Positions 36,858 through 51,019 of a DNA stretch of 64,000 bases are shown piece after piece (the first letter of the stretch is position 1; each line of letters begins with the position of its first letter). Source of the DNA: Somniosus microcephalus (Eukaryota). The translations under genes were made by a program, and so were the position numbers. The stretch spans positions 302,250,001-302,314,000 of the forward strand of contig CM126204.1 of NCBI GenBank assembly GCA_052327205.1, read 5' to 3'. The notes beneath the pieces are model-generated. The model ran no database searches, was not told the DNA's origin, and saw nothing but the letters and a program-made list of their open reading frames with translations.

Positions 36858-37380
36858 ACACACACTAACAGATCCATACATACATAGTCTCACACACACA
36901 CTCATAAATATTAACATATCCATACATACTTAGTTACACACACACACACATACTAACACATCCATACATACTTAGTCACACACACACACACACATACTAA
37001 CACATCCATACATACTTAGTCACACACACTCACAAATACTAACACATCCATACATACTTAGTCACTCACACTCATAAACACTAACAGATCCATACATACT
37101 TAGTCACACACACACTCATAAATATTAACATATCCATACATACTTAGTCACACACACACACACATACTAACACATCCATACATACTTAGTCACACACACA
37201 CACACATACTAACACATCCATACATACTTAGTCACACACACACACACATACTAACACATCCATACATACTTAGTCACACACACACACATACTAACACATC
37301 CATACATACTTAGTCACACACACACACACACATACTAACACATCCATACATACATAGTCACACACACACTCATAAATACT
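36858..37380. repeat. Minisatellite of ~12 units of ~42 bp with an embedded variable (CA)n
   Basis: Unit (CA)n-TACTAACACATCCATACATACTTAGT. Confidence 0.92.
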
Positions 37381-38291
37381 TATGCAGCTGCAGTTATATT
37401 ACAGCTAACAGGTGTCACACCCGTATCTGTCCAGTGTGCTGAGATGTCATCAGACTTTAGTTATACTGACAACTATGACTCGTTCAGCCTACAACAAAGG
37501 AACTCTGCGCATTCCGCTCATGTTAATGTCAGGAAAGAGCGGGCAGGAATTTACAATTTCTCATAACTTAAAAAAAATTAAAGTAAGTTTATAAAATGCC
37601 GGATGACTGAATGGGCATTTTTAAAACAAGACTTTGCATTTGGGTTGGGATTATACTGTACCCAGTGCGAACTAACTGGTGTAAGAGGACTTCCTGGAGG
37701 GACTCTCACACAGCTTGATTTCACTGCACTCTGGGAGTTAGATCGGGTGCTGAATCCCAAATGATATGGATACATACCGAGAGCAGTTTCGCCTTGCCCC
37801 ACAATGAACTGCATCCTTAGGCAAATGCATGTGTACTCACAATAGACACTTACACCCACTATCACACGCACGCACTCGCACACCACTCTCCCATGTTTCC
37901 GTCAAGGTGTGCATTGATAGAGAAGGCAGTGTAACTCAGCACTCAGATGACGATCTAACTCCAGAGCACACCACTAGCCAAGCGACATCAGACCTTCTGG
38001 AAAATTTCAAAACTTTTATAGATTATTTTAATGTAACAAAGTGACGCTCCCACCCCTACTCTCCTAACGTTAAAAATAGCGTCGAGGGGAGCGGGGCTCT
38101 GTGTGTGCATTCAAGCGCACGCCTCACCGCCCGCAGACACTGCTGAAGCCGGAAGTTGCAGTATAACTGCAGCCTGACAGATACCCACAATATCACACAC
38201 CGACATAAGTTCCCACACTCACTCAGACACTCATTCATACGGACTGACATCCACACACTCATGTACACACTTACACACTACAAATACACAC

Positions 38292-38408
38292 TTTCCTACT
38301 ACATTACAACAGTGACTACACTTCAGAAGTATTTCATTGACTGTAAAGCGCTTTGAGACGTCTGGTGGTCGTGAAAGGCGCTATAGAAATGCAAGTCTTT
38401 CGTTCTTT
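38292..38408 (+). mobile_element. Deu-SINE 3' tail fragment
   Basis: CTACATTACAACAGTGACTACACTTCAGAAG...GAAAGGCGCTATAGAAATGCAAGTCTTT. Confidence 0.85.
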
Positions 38409-41400
38409 ACTTCTTCACTCAGTAGCTCTCATTGATATGCACGTTGATAGTCACCTTCATTTATAGACATTCCCAAACACATAGAAATTCTTTCACTAAC
38501 TCACAGTCACATATATTCCTAAAAATGCATTCACTCGTGGACACGAGGGCGCGCGCGTACCTCATTGTACATTCAAGCTAACATTCACAAGATTTTCTGT
38601 CATACACATTTCTCTCTCATACGCACACACCCAACAAACATCCCCTCTCCCCCACACACTCTCAAACACACAGATGCAAACATGTCTTCGCTCCGCTCAC
38701 ACACACATTCTCGCATTCACACACATGCACACACAGCCTCTCGCACATAAGCGCACATTCCTCCCACCCACACACACTCACTCTCACAAACATAAGTATG
38801 CTCTTGCTCTCCATCCTACTCCCACCACGCGCTTGCAGGCACAAATAAAGTAGCAAAATCCTGCGGTAGTGCGAATTTGTCTCTGCCTCTTAGTGGCGCT
38901 CTGGCTCTCGTGTTAGCAAAGAGTCTTTGAACAATTTTACCGATCCCATTCACTGCCACTATCTGAAGTTAAATCAGCAAAATCTCATAGATACACGTAT
39001 CTTTACCTACAGAATAACCTCCGGAGATCGGAAATGCAACAATTAAAACAGTGAAGAAAAGCAAACGTAATTTCTGTTATTAAACAACTTAATGTCCAAC
39101 ATGACGGACGATCACCGATCAATCCACCCCCAAAACTTAACAGAGCATTTTACTGTCAAAAACTTACAAGAAACAGAATAAATACCATTTAATAAATTAC
39201 TAACAAAATATATGAAGTAAGAGCTCCGTTATTCAAATATAAATGAATGAAACCATTCCTTCTCTGCAGCAAAATAAACTGGGCGAGGATTCCGAAAAAA
39301 ATGTGCGCTATGTCGACGCGATATAAAGTTGTTTTACTATATATCAGCCCGTATCCATAATTTCAAAGATTTACAATGTACCATCTGTGTACCCACTGGT
39401 TGATGTTTTACCATATACCACATGTGTATCTGCTAGCTAAGGTATTTTAGCATATGCCCTGTATGTACCAGTAATTTAGATAATTTACTATATATTTTGT
39501 CCATACACTCTATTTAAAATATACTACGTGTATCCGTTAATTCAGACAATTTGTCATACAAAGATCCAGATAATTCACCATAATACCTGTTTTTACCTCT
39601 TACCATATACTATTTCTCTGCCCAATTAAAAAGGGGTCATTGTCACTTGGAGATTTTTTTAACTTCCGGCTATATTTCTGGTGCAATCTAATTTTTATTT
39701 TTATGTTTTCTTGTAATTTACCTTTAAACCGATTACAGAAATGTTACGCTATTCCGGCTGAATTTAATTACGTAATATAATCTCAGATGTGGAGAAATCT
39801 ATCAAAAGTTATACCGTGTTGATAGAGTTAATTTACTAGAATAGCTGAGGTATTAAAGGTGAGTTGCCAACATATTAATTATTAATGCTGACGTTATTAC
39901 GCAAATTTAAATTGCACGGCGCAGGCTTGCATTTGAAGTTTTGTGGAGACAGCATGTACAGTTTTTAATTTAGATTTTAATGTGGGTATTTTTACTGGCG
40001 GAAGTGTGAAGAGTGACATTTAAATCTCATACAAAAGCTGATTAAATCAGACCATTAATAGCAACTCAACAAATGGCACCAACTGCATATTACACAAATA
40101 AGTTCTAGTAAAAGCACCTTGTGCGCAGTGTTCTGAAACACCTCCGCACTGGAGATCACTTGCACATGTGTCTATTAGTTTTTTTTTAAAGTAAATATTG
40201 AGAAACAACATCCAAAGATGAACCCAACTGCAACAGCAATGTAATTGTGATCGCACAAAAACGGGAAACACTTCGAATTTATCACAGCTTTAAAGCAAAT
40301 AATATCACAATTTGTCTTTATATTTTTCCAGTTAATTAAGTTTCATTTTGAAGGTTGTTGAACATAATTTCCATTAAATCGATCTAGCTGTATTGCAGTT
40401 TGATCAATGTGACCAAAGATATTTAAGTAAATAATATTATGTATTAGAATGTTATTAAATAATTTTAAAGTTATACTTAATCTTCAAATTAGCATACATC
40501 TCACTGTATATAAAGTATTGCCAAGCTTTGTAGCTTAGTATTCAGTGATTACATCTTAGTTACAATATTTGATATGACACAATTTGCTTTTATTTTGGTA
40601 TTTTCTAAAATGCAAGTGTTGCAAAACATTTATTTTGCAGTTTGATGGCCTGCAACATGTACTGTATTTGGTGCTCCCTTATTTCTCCCAAAGCAACCAG
40701 ATGCTATATTTCATTTACAATATGGTTAAATATTACGAGCTATAAATAATATTCCTTGTAGACTATTATAAAATTGTAGAACACTATACGGTATATTAAA
40801 AAATAAACGAGATAGTTGAGAAAAATAATTTACAAACTATATTATGAAATATTTAAATAAGAAACTACTTTTTAAAATTACAAGTTATATATTAGCATTA
40901 CAGCCTTAAAAGGGCCAAATCAAACTTGGATGTTGGTGTTTCATGGTTTTAACTGAATGTCTTTTGTTGTTACCTGTGCATTGTTCTGCGTGTTAGCCTT
41001 CTTTCTATCTTTTTTTCTATCCTTTTTTTGCGCACACGTTTATTTCTACCGACCGATGAAAAATGAACAGTAGTTAGTCAGAAACTATTATTTGATTCCA
41101 CGGTATTCAATTGTGGGGCTAACTGTAACAGTAATCGGAATTTCTTCAATGAAAACATTTAACAAGATATGATTATTATGGAAACGTATCCACTATAGTA
41201 ATGTTAACGAATAATGCATGGCTTTGCACTCCTTCTGCAAAACCATATTTACATTTAGTGATGTTCAAAATAATCGATGTAATTTACCTATTACCCGACT
41301 ATTTCTAGAAAAAGGGAATACAGTCCGTAACAAGTTCCTGTTCATTTGCATGAAATGTTCTTCTATCGTCCCATTCTGTATTTAACTGCTACAAATGCAT

Positions 41401-44400
41401 TAAATCTTGTGTACCATAAATGTTCATATTTGTTTGCTATATCACCTTGGCTGCTGATTATTCAAGCTGTCTAACTGTATCGGTTTCCATTTCGTTTCAT
41501 GAATAAAATAAAGCAAAAAAAGCACCTTCTTCCCACAATGCAAGAATGACTTTAAACCTGATTCGAGTATAGGCAGGTAGAGGTACATGGTTATTAATTT
41601 CCAATGTTAGCGGTGTAGACAGGAGAAAATAAAGAATAATGGCAACAACATTATCAATGTAATGGTAATCACGGACTAATCTACAGTTTGGCAACTTTTC
41701 ACCTCCAAGCGTATAACAGTCGCATTCAAATGAGGAAAATATTAACAAGAATGACGAAGGAATTTAATAATGGAACCTAACTTGGAAGCATGGAGTCTGT
41801 CGCTCAACTTAAATGTAAACGGAGATAAATACAGTCGCTTTGATATTCTTGTTTTTTTATATATATGTTACCTACATTCTAAGGAAAATTGAGAAAAATA
41901 AACAAAGGAATCACCGCCAAAATGGACAATTAATAATTCATTAACAATAATGCTAGTTATAAAAAAATGCAATGCCAATACTACTGCAGACCAAAATATT
42001 GCCTGGAGAATCCCTGCATCGCTTTAACTAGGTGAATTAAAATGTGTAGTCTAACTGGATTTAATTTTAATTCTGCTATTGTTACAAAAATATGAGGAAA
42101 ATAAATATCGAAAATTGCAACTCAGCTGTTGATTTCTCAGTTAACCCGGATGTTCATAACGTTACTTTAAGTAACTATTTGACTGTAGTGCGAGGCTGCA
42201 TACTTTAGATTACCTAACAAAGATTACTTGTAGTATTTGCAAAGCAAGCACCTTTGAGCATCGTAATATTTTGAATGCCTTTTTGTGCACCTTTTAGATC
42301 TATCATTATAAAGCTGCCAAAGTGATGTATGTGGATGTATACATTGAACTCCGAGTTTTCTCAAAAGCGCCAAAGTTGAGTGTTGTCCTAAAACTCCAAT
42401 TGGTTCTATTTACCCCCCAAGTTCCTTACAGTTATGATGTGAACTGATTACTTTAAAATATGTTTCTGAATGAACCAAAATAGACATTTATATTTTTATG
42501 CTTTTGCATATTTCTGAAGTATAATTGGATACGTTTTACAATTAATAGCTTAAAGGTGTTTACACCTTCAACTTGTTTTGATATTGCACTTTTTAAAGTA
42601 GTTTCTCAATTTTTCATTGTCTCCCAGTTTCCCATAATAACCCTAGTTTCAAAGTATTAATGTAGCAGATAGTATTCTTCAGTTGCTCATCTAATTTTGG
42701 AACAACATGTTAATCCTCATAATCCTTTTGGGATACTATTTACTGATTTAAAATTCGTTCGTTCAGCATATTATTCGGACTTTGTGATTAATGTCGATAC
42801 TACCTCATATATGAACAAATATCCTAATTGACAATATTGCTCTGCTTTTATATTGCCTGTTGGCATGTAGTGCTTTGCCTGATTTGTTACACACGCAAAA
42901 AAGAGTAAATAAAATGTGGTCATATTTTGAATTGGGAGATTCGTTTTCAATCGTTGCTTCGTAGCCACTTTTGAAATTGATATTTTTAAGCATGAAATTG
43001 TTCTGAAAAAAAAACAGAACTAGGAATTACTTAGTTCGTATGAAGTCTTTCAAAAAATGTAACACAGACTAAATGCGGTAAAATGTCATAGAAATAAATA
43101 GAGGATTTCCATACAGCGCACGAAGTGACGAATTGCACCGAGAGTTTTAAATGTGTGCTTTTAGTTTTGTAGCCACTGGTGAAATGAAAGGGTCGTATCA
43201 TTGAGGAAAGTTTAATAATGCCAGCCCCGAGTATTATTTATTATTAAACATATGCAAGTATGCCCATCGTCTGTGTACCCTGTAATCATATATTTGCCAC
43301 TGATGAGCAGTGATAACAATTCTTCAATCTTCCAAATAAACAAGTCATGGCATATGCACATTACAGATTTAATATAAAAGTTTTTTTTTAAATTTCTGAA
43401 CGTAATCCTGCACATAATTAATCCAGATCTAGATAGAGTCTTCAAACTTTCCTTCCCCGTAATCTATAAACAAAATGGACATACCTTATCGTTTGCATGT
43501 AAATTATATTTCATATCATTAATATTTAACTTACAAAAAAGGATCGCACAGTTTAACTTATTTTATGGATTGTTATATATTGTTAAAATATTAATTTCCG
43601 AATTATAAGTAATAAAAGGTAAAAATTCACTTTTAATATTTTCCCAATCTATCATTTTTCCTGTGTTGAAACTGTTGAATATAATGTCTCAATTTAAACC
43701 TGGTGCTTTTTCTTTGAAATGTAATTTACATTTCATTGCTGGATTTGACTCCTTGACAAACCGATCACATTGGCATAGGAATCATTAGTTAAGTTTACAT
43801 GTGTTGAAATGTCATTAAATAGACGTAGATATTTTCTTTTTGGGAGCTAGTTGTTTAGAATTGTCTGTAATATCATGTATGCTAAAGTTAGCCACGAGTA
43901 ATTAGTGAGATCCAATATTATTATTTGACGTATAATTTGAGAATTAATTTATCATTGATTTTTTGTGCTTGATATATAATTAACAAAGACACGTTTTAGG
44001 TTATTTAAGATCATTGTCTAGTTTAAAAACAAAACGGAAGTGATAGGTTCGTATTTCAGTAGACACTCAGAATGCTGCAAGTAATCGCTGTTAGATATAT
44101 TTGATCTCCATTTAGTCCAGGATTTGCATATCAAGTTGGTGTCGATTTTCTAATTTATGGAGAAGAAAATATAAAATATGTTGCTTCTTCACAGCATGCC
44201 TGATATCGCACTCCATTGTGGAACTTTACGTGCACAGAAATGGTTAACTTTTTATTTACACAAAATAATTTCACAAGTTGCCAGAACTAAATTGTTTAAA
44301 TATCAATTTATAATTACCAAGCTAGAAAGTGGAGTCGATTCTTCAAAGGAAAGGGTAAAATTAAATAAGAAATGGAAACATTTACAGAAATCTGTTGTCG

Positions 44401-47400
44401 TAAATCATTTATTTTAAGAATATTTAACGATGCAGGCGCTGGAGCGTAGTAACTAAACCCTGAGCTCAAAGATGAATACAATTTAAATATTCTTTTGAAA
44501 TCTAACCTCACTTGGTTTAATTTTGTACGTGTGACAAAATAATGGCAGGATATATTTTACGCAGTTATCACAACCAAAGGGAGATTAAACCTTTTCTGTG
44601 TTGCGATATTGGTTTGTTCAAAAGAGTTAGAATATTTAATATTTTAAGTGAAATTGGTAGTTTAAACTTGTGAATCTGCCCGAGCAACACTACACAAAAC
44701 ATATATAAACATGCAGCAATTGCTGCACAATAGTAAAAAAAACGTACGTAAAAGTGAGGAAGTTCCAATGATTTTACAACACTTTACACTAGATAACAAG
44801 CGAAATATTGGAGTGTCTAATTCTAAATCCATCGTCTTAAATATACGATCGATAATCATTGCACGGCAGCAAACCGAGCTGTGGAGTCTTTCCACACAAC
44901 GCAACTTTAAAAACTGCGACTTGAACTTAAAAGTCAAAGAAAAGTTTGGTCTCGTTCTCCTTTTTTAACAGATTTGTTTTCCTATTTTGGAGCCAGATTT
45001 TTTTTTTAAAAACCTCTTCTTGGTGTTATTGTATTGTTAAATTATAATAATCCCGGTAGTTTTGTCGACAACTGGTGCCGAATTACAATTTACACACCAC
45101 AGTGAAAATGTTGAACTTGCTGGCTAACATTTAAATTAATGGTGCAGTCCTCCTCTTTAGGAATCTACATATATATCCCTTATTTGCTTCAGTAAATCGC
45201 CTTATGATTGTAAACAGCTTCATGTCTATCATTATCGTGGTGATAAATTTCAAAATCTAAATGAGAATGAAAGGGAATTTGTGAATGTTTATTGGGCTCT
45301 CGACTCCATTTTAGCAAGAAATCCCTCGAATGCGCTCCATACGGGTGCTGCAAGAGTGAGAAAGAAGGAAGAACATAGTAAAGAATTTTTTTTAATATAG
45401 TCTTTTTTTCCAACCGTTGCCTCAGAAAAGCAGTGATTCTAGTTTTAAGTTCACTATTTCGGGAGTAAAGCAAAATGTTGCGACAGTAAAGGACAAAAAA
45501 ATATCGCGACACGGTGGAGTGCACCATTGTAACTGGGGGAGGGCATTCAACTCGCAACATTTTCCAAAATCAGTAAATCACTTTTTTGTTGTTGCCGTTA
45601 GAGCCCTCTAGTTGTGGTCCTGCACTGTGTTAACACCAGATCTGGGATCTTAGCATTAAGGTTTTGCAAAGACTGGCAGAAAAAATATACAAAGACTTTC
45701 TCTTTCTCACTCCCTGTTCTGGAATGTCTTCAGATCATTATCTCCAGCGCCAAATCTATACGGACATTTCCGCAAGTGACATGTATATTCATATAAATTA
45801 GGAAAAATACGCCGATTCCTTGCATTAGGATTAATCAATGTTGTGTTTGTTTTTTTTTAAATACCGGGCACATTTTGCATTGTGATCACTTTCAGTAAAC
45901 GTCAGCTCGCTTTGTACGTGCTGTCGCGGCGTCTAGTTTTGTTGAGACTTTATTTTCCACTTAACACTGCCTTGTTTATAACGAGCCGGATCATTTTCTT
46001 ATACACCGCAATCGCCTCGGCGTCAGAGATTATTCAATTTAAAAAAAAAAAAATCAGATATCTGATTAATGCCGACATGGCACTGCTGAAATAAGGAGCG
46101 GCGGAACCCCTGAGAGCCTTGTCTTCATAAATCAGCATAATGACGGTGGTCGATATACTGTATTTTCCGAAGTTCCTCTGGGTGCTTGCTGGCTGCTGCT
46201 GTTGTTGATCGAGACTGCAGTGTATCTGCAGTGGGAACCTTTTTAAAGACGCTAGACAACGGATCAAATGTATTCCTGAGTGCCGCAATTGTGGCTGGAT
46301 TGACTTGTAACCGGCAAGAGGGAAACAAGTATACCTTTCATTTTTACACGTTTGTGAAACTGTTCCGAAATGTAAATAAAAATCTATGGGAAAATCAATA
46401 ACGTTTACCAGCAACTGCTTAACAAGTGCAACGATGAAAGCAAGTGTGTCAAATATAACACTGCATTGGGTCTGTTTTTTGTGGTACCTCCATATGGTGT
46501 GCATAAAAAATTGTGCCTTTCTTCATTTAATCAATACACAAACTGAGCTTGATTAGCGTTTGGAATATGATTGGTGCAATTAGGTTGTCCAGGATGTATA
46601 TGCTATTTGATTGCAGCTGAATGCAATATGAGTCTAATTTCAGTGTCTATTATTTTATATATGCTATTAATCTATGTAAATATATACAATCTCTCAATTT
46701 AAAGTAAAACAATGTAAATTACAAAAAGCTCGCACGTCCATGGTTAACATTTTTTTAAATGTTACAGACGTTCATGAGCATCCTTTGCAGCTATGTATTT
46801 CCATATTTATTACTTGTGTCATACCCGAAAATGTGTTCGGCCGCACCGTGCCTTCAGTTCCCACACGCCTTATACCATAAGTGCAAGCATTTTATTGGTC
46901 GAACAACGCAGCATATGATCTGTGCACATATATCCAGGCAGGTAATACATTTACCAGAAAATGACGATTAAAAATAAATCGGTGCATTCCTGAACAGGTT
47001 TTAAGTATTGTATATGATTATCTTTTCATGCTTCTTTTTGCCAATTTGCTGTCGATCCATGACTGTGTCGAACGAAAGCAGAATCTCACAGGTTGTGATA
47101 ACACAAAATTTAAAATAAACTTATCAAGCCTGCACTACCATGATGTTGTTTATAGGCTTAATTAGAAGAGACGGAAATTTGTGATACGAGTTACGACCAC
47201 GTCTATTTCATTCAGTTGGTGTGCAATTACATTATTAAAATGTGTGTATATATGATCACTGACTCAAAATAGAGTATTTGATTCACGTTGATTATCTAAC
47301 CTACCACATTTATATATACATATATATATAGCTTTAAAACATATTTTATCTTTAATGATAATCCCAGTAAAATATGAAAAAAAATGCAGGTGTATTCATA

Positions 47401-48189
47401 AAAGCAAAAGGTATCGTTATTAATATGTACGTGAATAATACAAGGCCTGTTTCAAATAACAAATTAAGCAGCGGAATGTGAGTGTTTAGGATAGAAATAG
47501 TATAATAAAAGCCAACATTCTTTGAAACACAATCTTTATTGAATAATTTAATAGAATACACCATGTTAAAGTTACCACACTAAGGGTAAAATGTTGTTTA
47601 ATAATTATGTTCCCAAAACAAATGTGTTCACACATAAAACGCGCCAAGGTAGAGAAAAAGCAGTTTATTTCAAATTCAGAAAACTCTCATTCACTTAGTA
47701 TCAGTGTCAACCTTGTAAAAAGACATTTAAAGTTATAGTGCTTTTTTCTATAGTGCTTCTGTAGTAACTGTTGCCATTTGAGTACATCAGCTCTGGTAAA
47801 TGCTCTTTTTCATAAAAGCTCCTTCACAAAGCGTACAATGATCAGTATATACCAGTAATATTCCTCGGCCCATACCTACTTTTCTAGGTTAGCAGATTGC
47901 TTATTTTTTATTTGCAATGATAATACATATGTTTAAAAACCACTTTATGCATATGTATAATGCGTATATGGACCATTTTTGTTGTAAAATAAGTTAAACA
48001 GAAAAAGGACGAGATCTGTTGAACCGCACAAGCAAATGCCGGATGGAGGAATACACACAAATCCTGCACTTTACAAAGAAAACAATCGTCTTTCATATGT
48101 GCTTACCTACGCTTGCTATTCAAAAAAAATCACAGCAGATTACAAATGCCTTCTGTATATACATATAATAAAATGAAAGAAGCTTCACA

Positions 48190-48575
48190 CCGTCCGGACC
48201 GTATCGGTGCAGGAACAGAACCTTGGCCCGGGAATGGAATCCCAGGCCAGACGCTCGCGCGACTCACGTCTCCCGGGATTCTGGAAGCCGATTGGTCGGA
48301 CGTGCGGTCGCCTCTGTGCGTGGTTTCTATGCAAATACCGATGCGGAAATAAACAGTAACGACTGCAAATCGATTGCAACTTCTCAGGGCGCTCCACAAA
48401 AGTGCTCTTTCGCTACCAACACAGAGCCAGAGAGCTGGGAGCGATCTTGGAACGCTTTCAAAGGGGCTTCTTCTTTGGAAACAAAAAACCTCAGGCATCA
48501 CTCGCCGATTTTTTTGCAGCGGCTTTTGCATGGTTTCGCTTCCGGTTTGCAACGGTTCCCAGTTTTTATATATTA
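48190..48575. promoter_or_regulatory. CpG-rich promoter-like element
   Basis: Dense CpGs, reverse CCAAT (GATTGG), octamer ATGCAAAT, ETS CTTCCGG, and TATATAAAAA on the - strand at 48563-48572. Confidence 0.55.
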
Positions 48576-48959
48576 AAACCAAAAAATAGCAACAAAAAAG
48601 GCGACAACAAATGAAGCTAAACGTCTGAACAATTTAAAGTTTCTCACGTACTCTTTACATGGCAATGGTACGTGATACATAATGAACTTTATTTTTTTAT
48701 TATGATTTTAATAGATATTCTAAACTTGAATGCAAAATAAGATTTAATAGGGATATATATTTAAAGTATATTTAATAATGTTTCAGCCTGGTAATTGATG
48801 ACAGGATGTCTTTTTTTTATTCACGCCGGTTCCAGTTTGTGTCCATGTGGAATATGCCAATTTATTGCGCCAAGACTGGGTTGCTGCTTTTAGCTTGGAA
48901 AGCGCTGAGCTTGGCAAATTTCCCCCGTCACTTGCCTGATCCAAGAGAAGGCAAAAAAA

Positions 48960-49215
48960 TATATAACGTTGCGCGCTCGCTCTGTCGAGACGTGTGACTC
49001 GGTCTCAAAAACCTTTTCTCCTAACGGTCAGCCGAACTAGAGACGTGAACTTGACCCGACATGATAGGCAGCTCGTTCTACCAATCGAAACTTTCATTGA
49101 CCTCCTCAACGCTGCACTGCGCCAATCAGTGCGTAGAAAGGCGAGGCTTCCGCTATCAAGTTAGGTGTAAATGCAATAGGAGACTGTTGGAAGGGTATCT
49201 TGGGAACTGTAGTTC
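48960..49215. promoter_or_regulatory. Promoter-like element with two CCAAT boxes and a ZNF143/THAP11-type motif
   Basis: CCAAT at 49081 and 49122. ACTACAGTTCCCA on the - strand at 49201-49213. Confidence 0.6.
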
Positions 49216-51019
49216 AGCTATGTACAGTATAGTTGGATCAATGAATATTTACTAACGACAAATAGTATATAAAGTGCATACCATTTTATACTTTTATAAA
49301 ATATATTGCAATGTATACATTATGTGACAAAAACACACTGGAATGCCTTTTATATAAAGGGTTCATTCTTGCAAAAGTTAAGAATGCTTTTCCCTCGTAA
49401 CTGTAATTATGCTTATCGAGATAATTTTTCACGGAATAAATGAGTAGCACTGTGTTTTTAAGACAACTAGCCGTAATGATGTTTCTTTAAATCTGGATAC
49501 TATGTAAAATTGAATCTAAATCCTAGGAGATATTGAATCTATTTTCGAAGGATCATTTATTTATCTAAACGTTTCTTGAAGTATCATAGAACTTTCTCAA
49601 AAGCAATCCAGAAGTACAAACGCTGCACAGTGGCACAAGCTGACATTTAATTGTATATATAACGTTTGTAATTATACGTAATATACATGTAATTAAACTA
49701 TTTGCCAATATCCCTTCTAGTAATCTCGTGTGAATGTTGCCCATACATTGTGTTGGCATGCTCGGCTTTAAAAGGCCAGTAATTTGCAGGGTTGCTTTAT
49801 CTAAAGGTCTCAGATCAGGGATTCTGATAGGAAAACAAGACTGTAAATATCTTTCTCTGCGTTCGGAGGGAGGGTCCCGCCAGGCATGGGGCAGTGGAAA
49901 TCTTTGAAATGTTTGGATGAGAACTGCTGCAATGTTGCATATTTTTTTAGATAAAACGATTTTGTGAGGTTTTAAGTTATGACGCTCAAATACGCGACCA
50001 TAGCCATAGGGAGTTCCGCAGCAAATGAGCTCAAGAATTGGAAAAAAAAAAGTAGTCCTCGGAATGATTCACCTTTAAAGTGCAGTGGAGTAGTAATTCA
50101 TAGTGTAGAAGAATGATGTATCTATTTTACGTCGACTTATATATGTTTTATATACTTCAAGCGTGGAAATGATGGGTATTATGAATTTCTCTTTGTAAAG
50201 GAAGGTGGTGTGAATTCACTGAAATAAAACGCTTTGTACATGCCGCTTTCTCCATTGCTGGAGAGCAGCCACATTCCATTCTACTGACTGTCCCATACTG
50301 TGCTTTGCATTATCTTAACATTATAGAAATACAGTATATTCACTTTTATTTATATATATATATATAATAATAATGTTGAGTATTGAGTTTCTAAGTGTCA
50401 CTAGAATAAAACTTATATGTGGACGTCCTACCAATGTCCTTTGAAGATACAATACACGTGTTGGCCTATCAAATTCAAAATATTAAAAATTAGTATATGT
50501 TAACTTTTGAATGGGGAGTCTTGAAACCCCACGATAACATTAACTTAAATGCTTAACACGTGCCACTGAAAAGAATCCGTGCTGTGTTTTCAAGTTATTG
50601 CTAAGTTACTAACATAGTGAAAAGTTTAAAGGATAACAAGTATGGTTATGGTTGCAACATGTTGGAATATTGTGCATTGTGATGAGTTCCTAACCTTGTC
50701 ATCTGTTTTCATTCCTCCTGTATTTCAATTCTGGTTTCGATTTGTGATTTTAATTCAGAGTTGCACCCAATCCATTCTTGACAATTTACCATGATGCCAA
50801 GGCCCCCTTTTTCAACAGATGAAATACCTTGAGACTAATTAAATATATATATTGCACATGGGAGAAGAAAACACACTTCACAAAGCATGTATATTTTTGT
50901 AGAGATAGATGTATATGTAGGTGAACAGAAAAGCTCACAACACGTGGCACTAAAATGTGCTGTTTTCTCCAAGTTGTGATATTATCTACTGCCTCAGCTA
51001 TTGCTCTTAACTGGATTTG

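Noticed and set aside
36858-37380. Repeat-spacer array
   Set aside because: The apparent spacers are only variable (CA)n, so this is an ordinary minisatellite.
38884-38901. Second CTCF-like motif (CCTCTTAGTGGCGCT)
   Set aside because: Mismatches in the core make it too weak without data.
40000-47600. Many 60-156 aa ORFs
   Set aside because: AT-rich chance ORFs with no domain or consistent exon structure.
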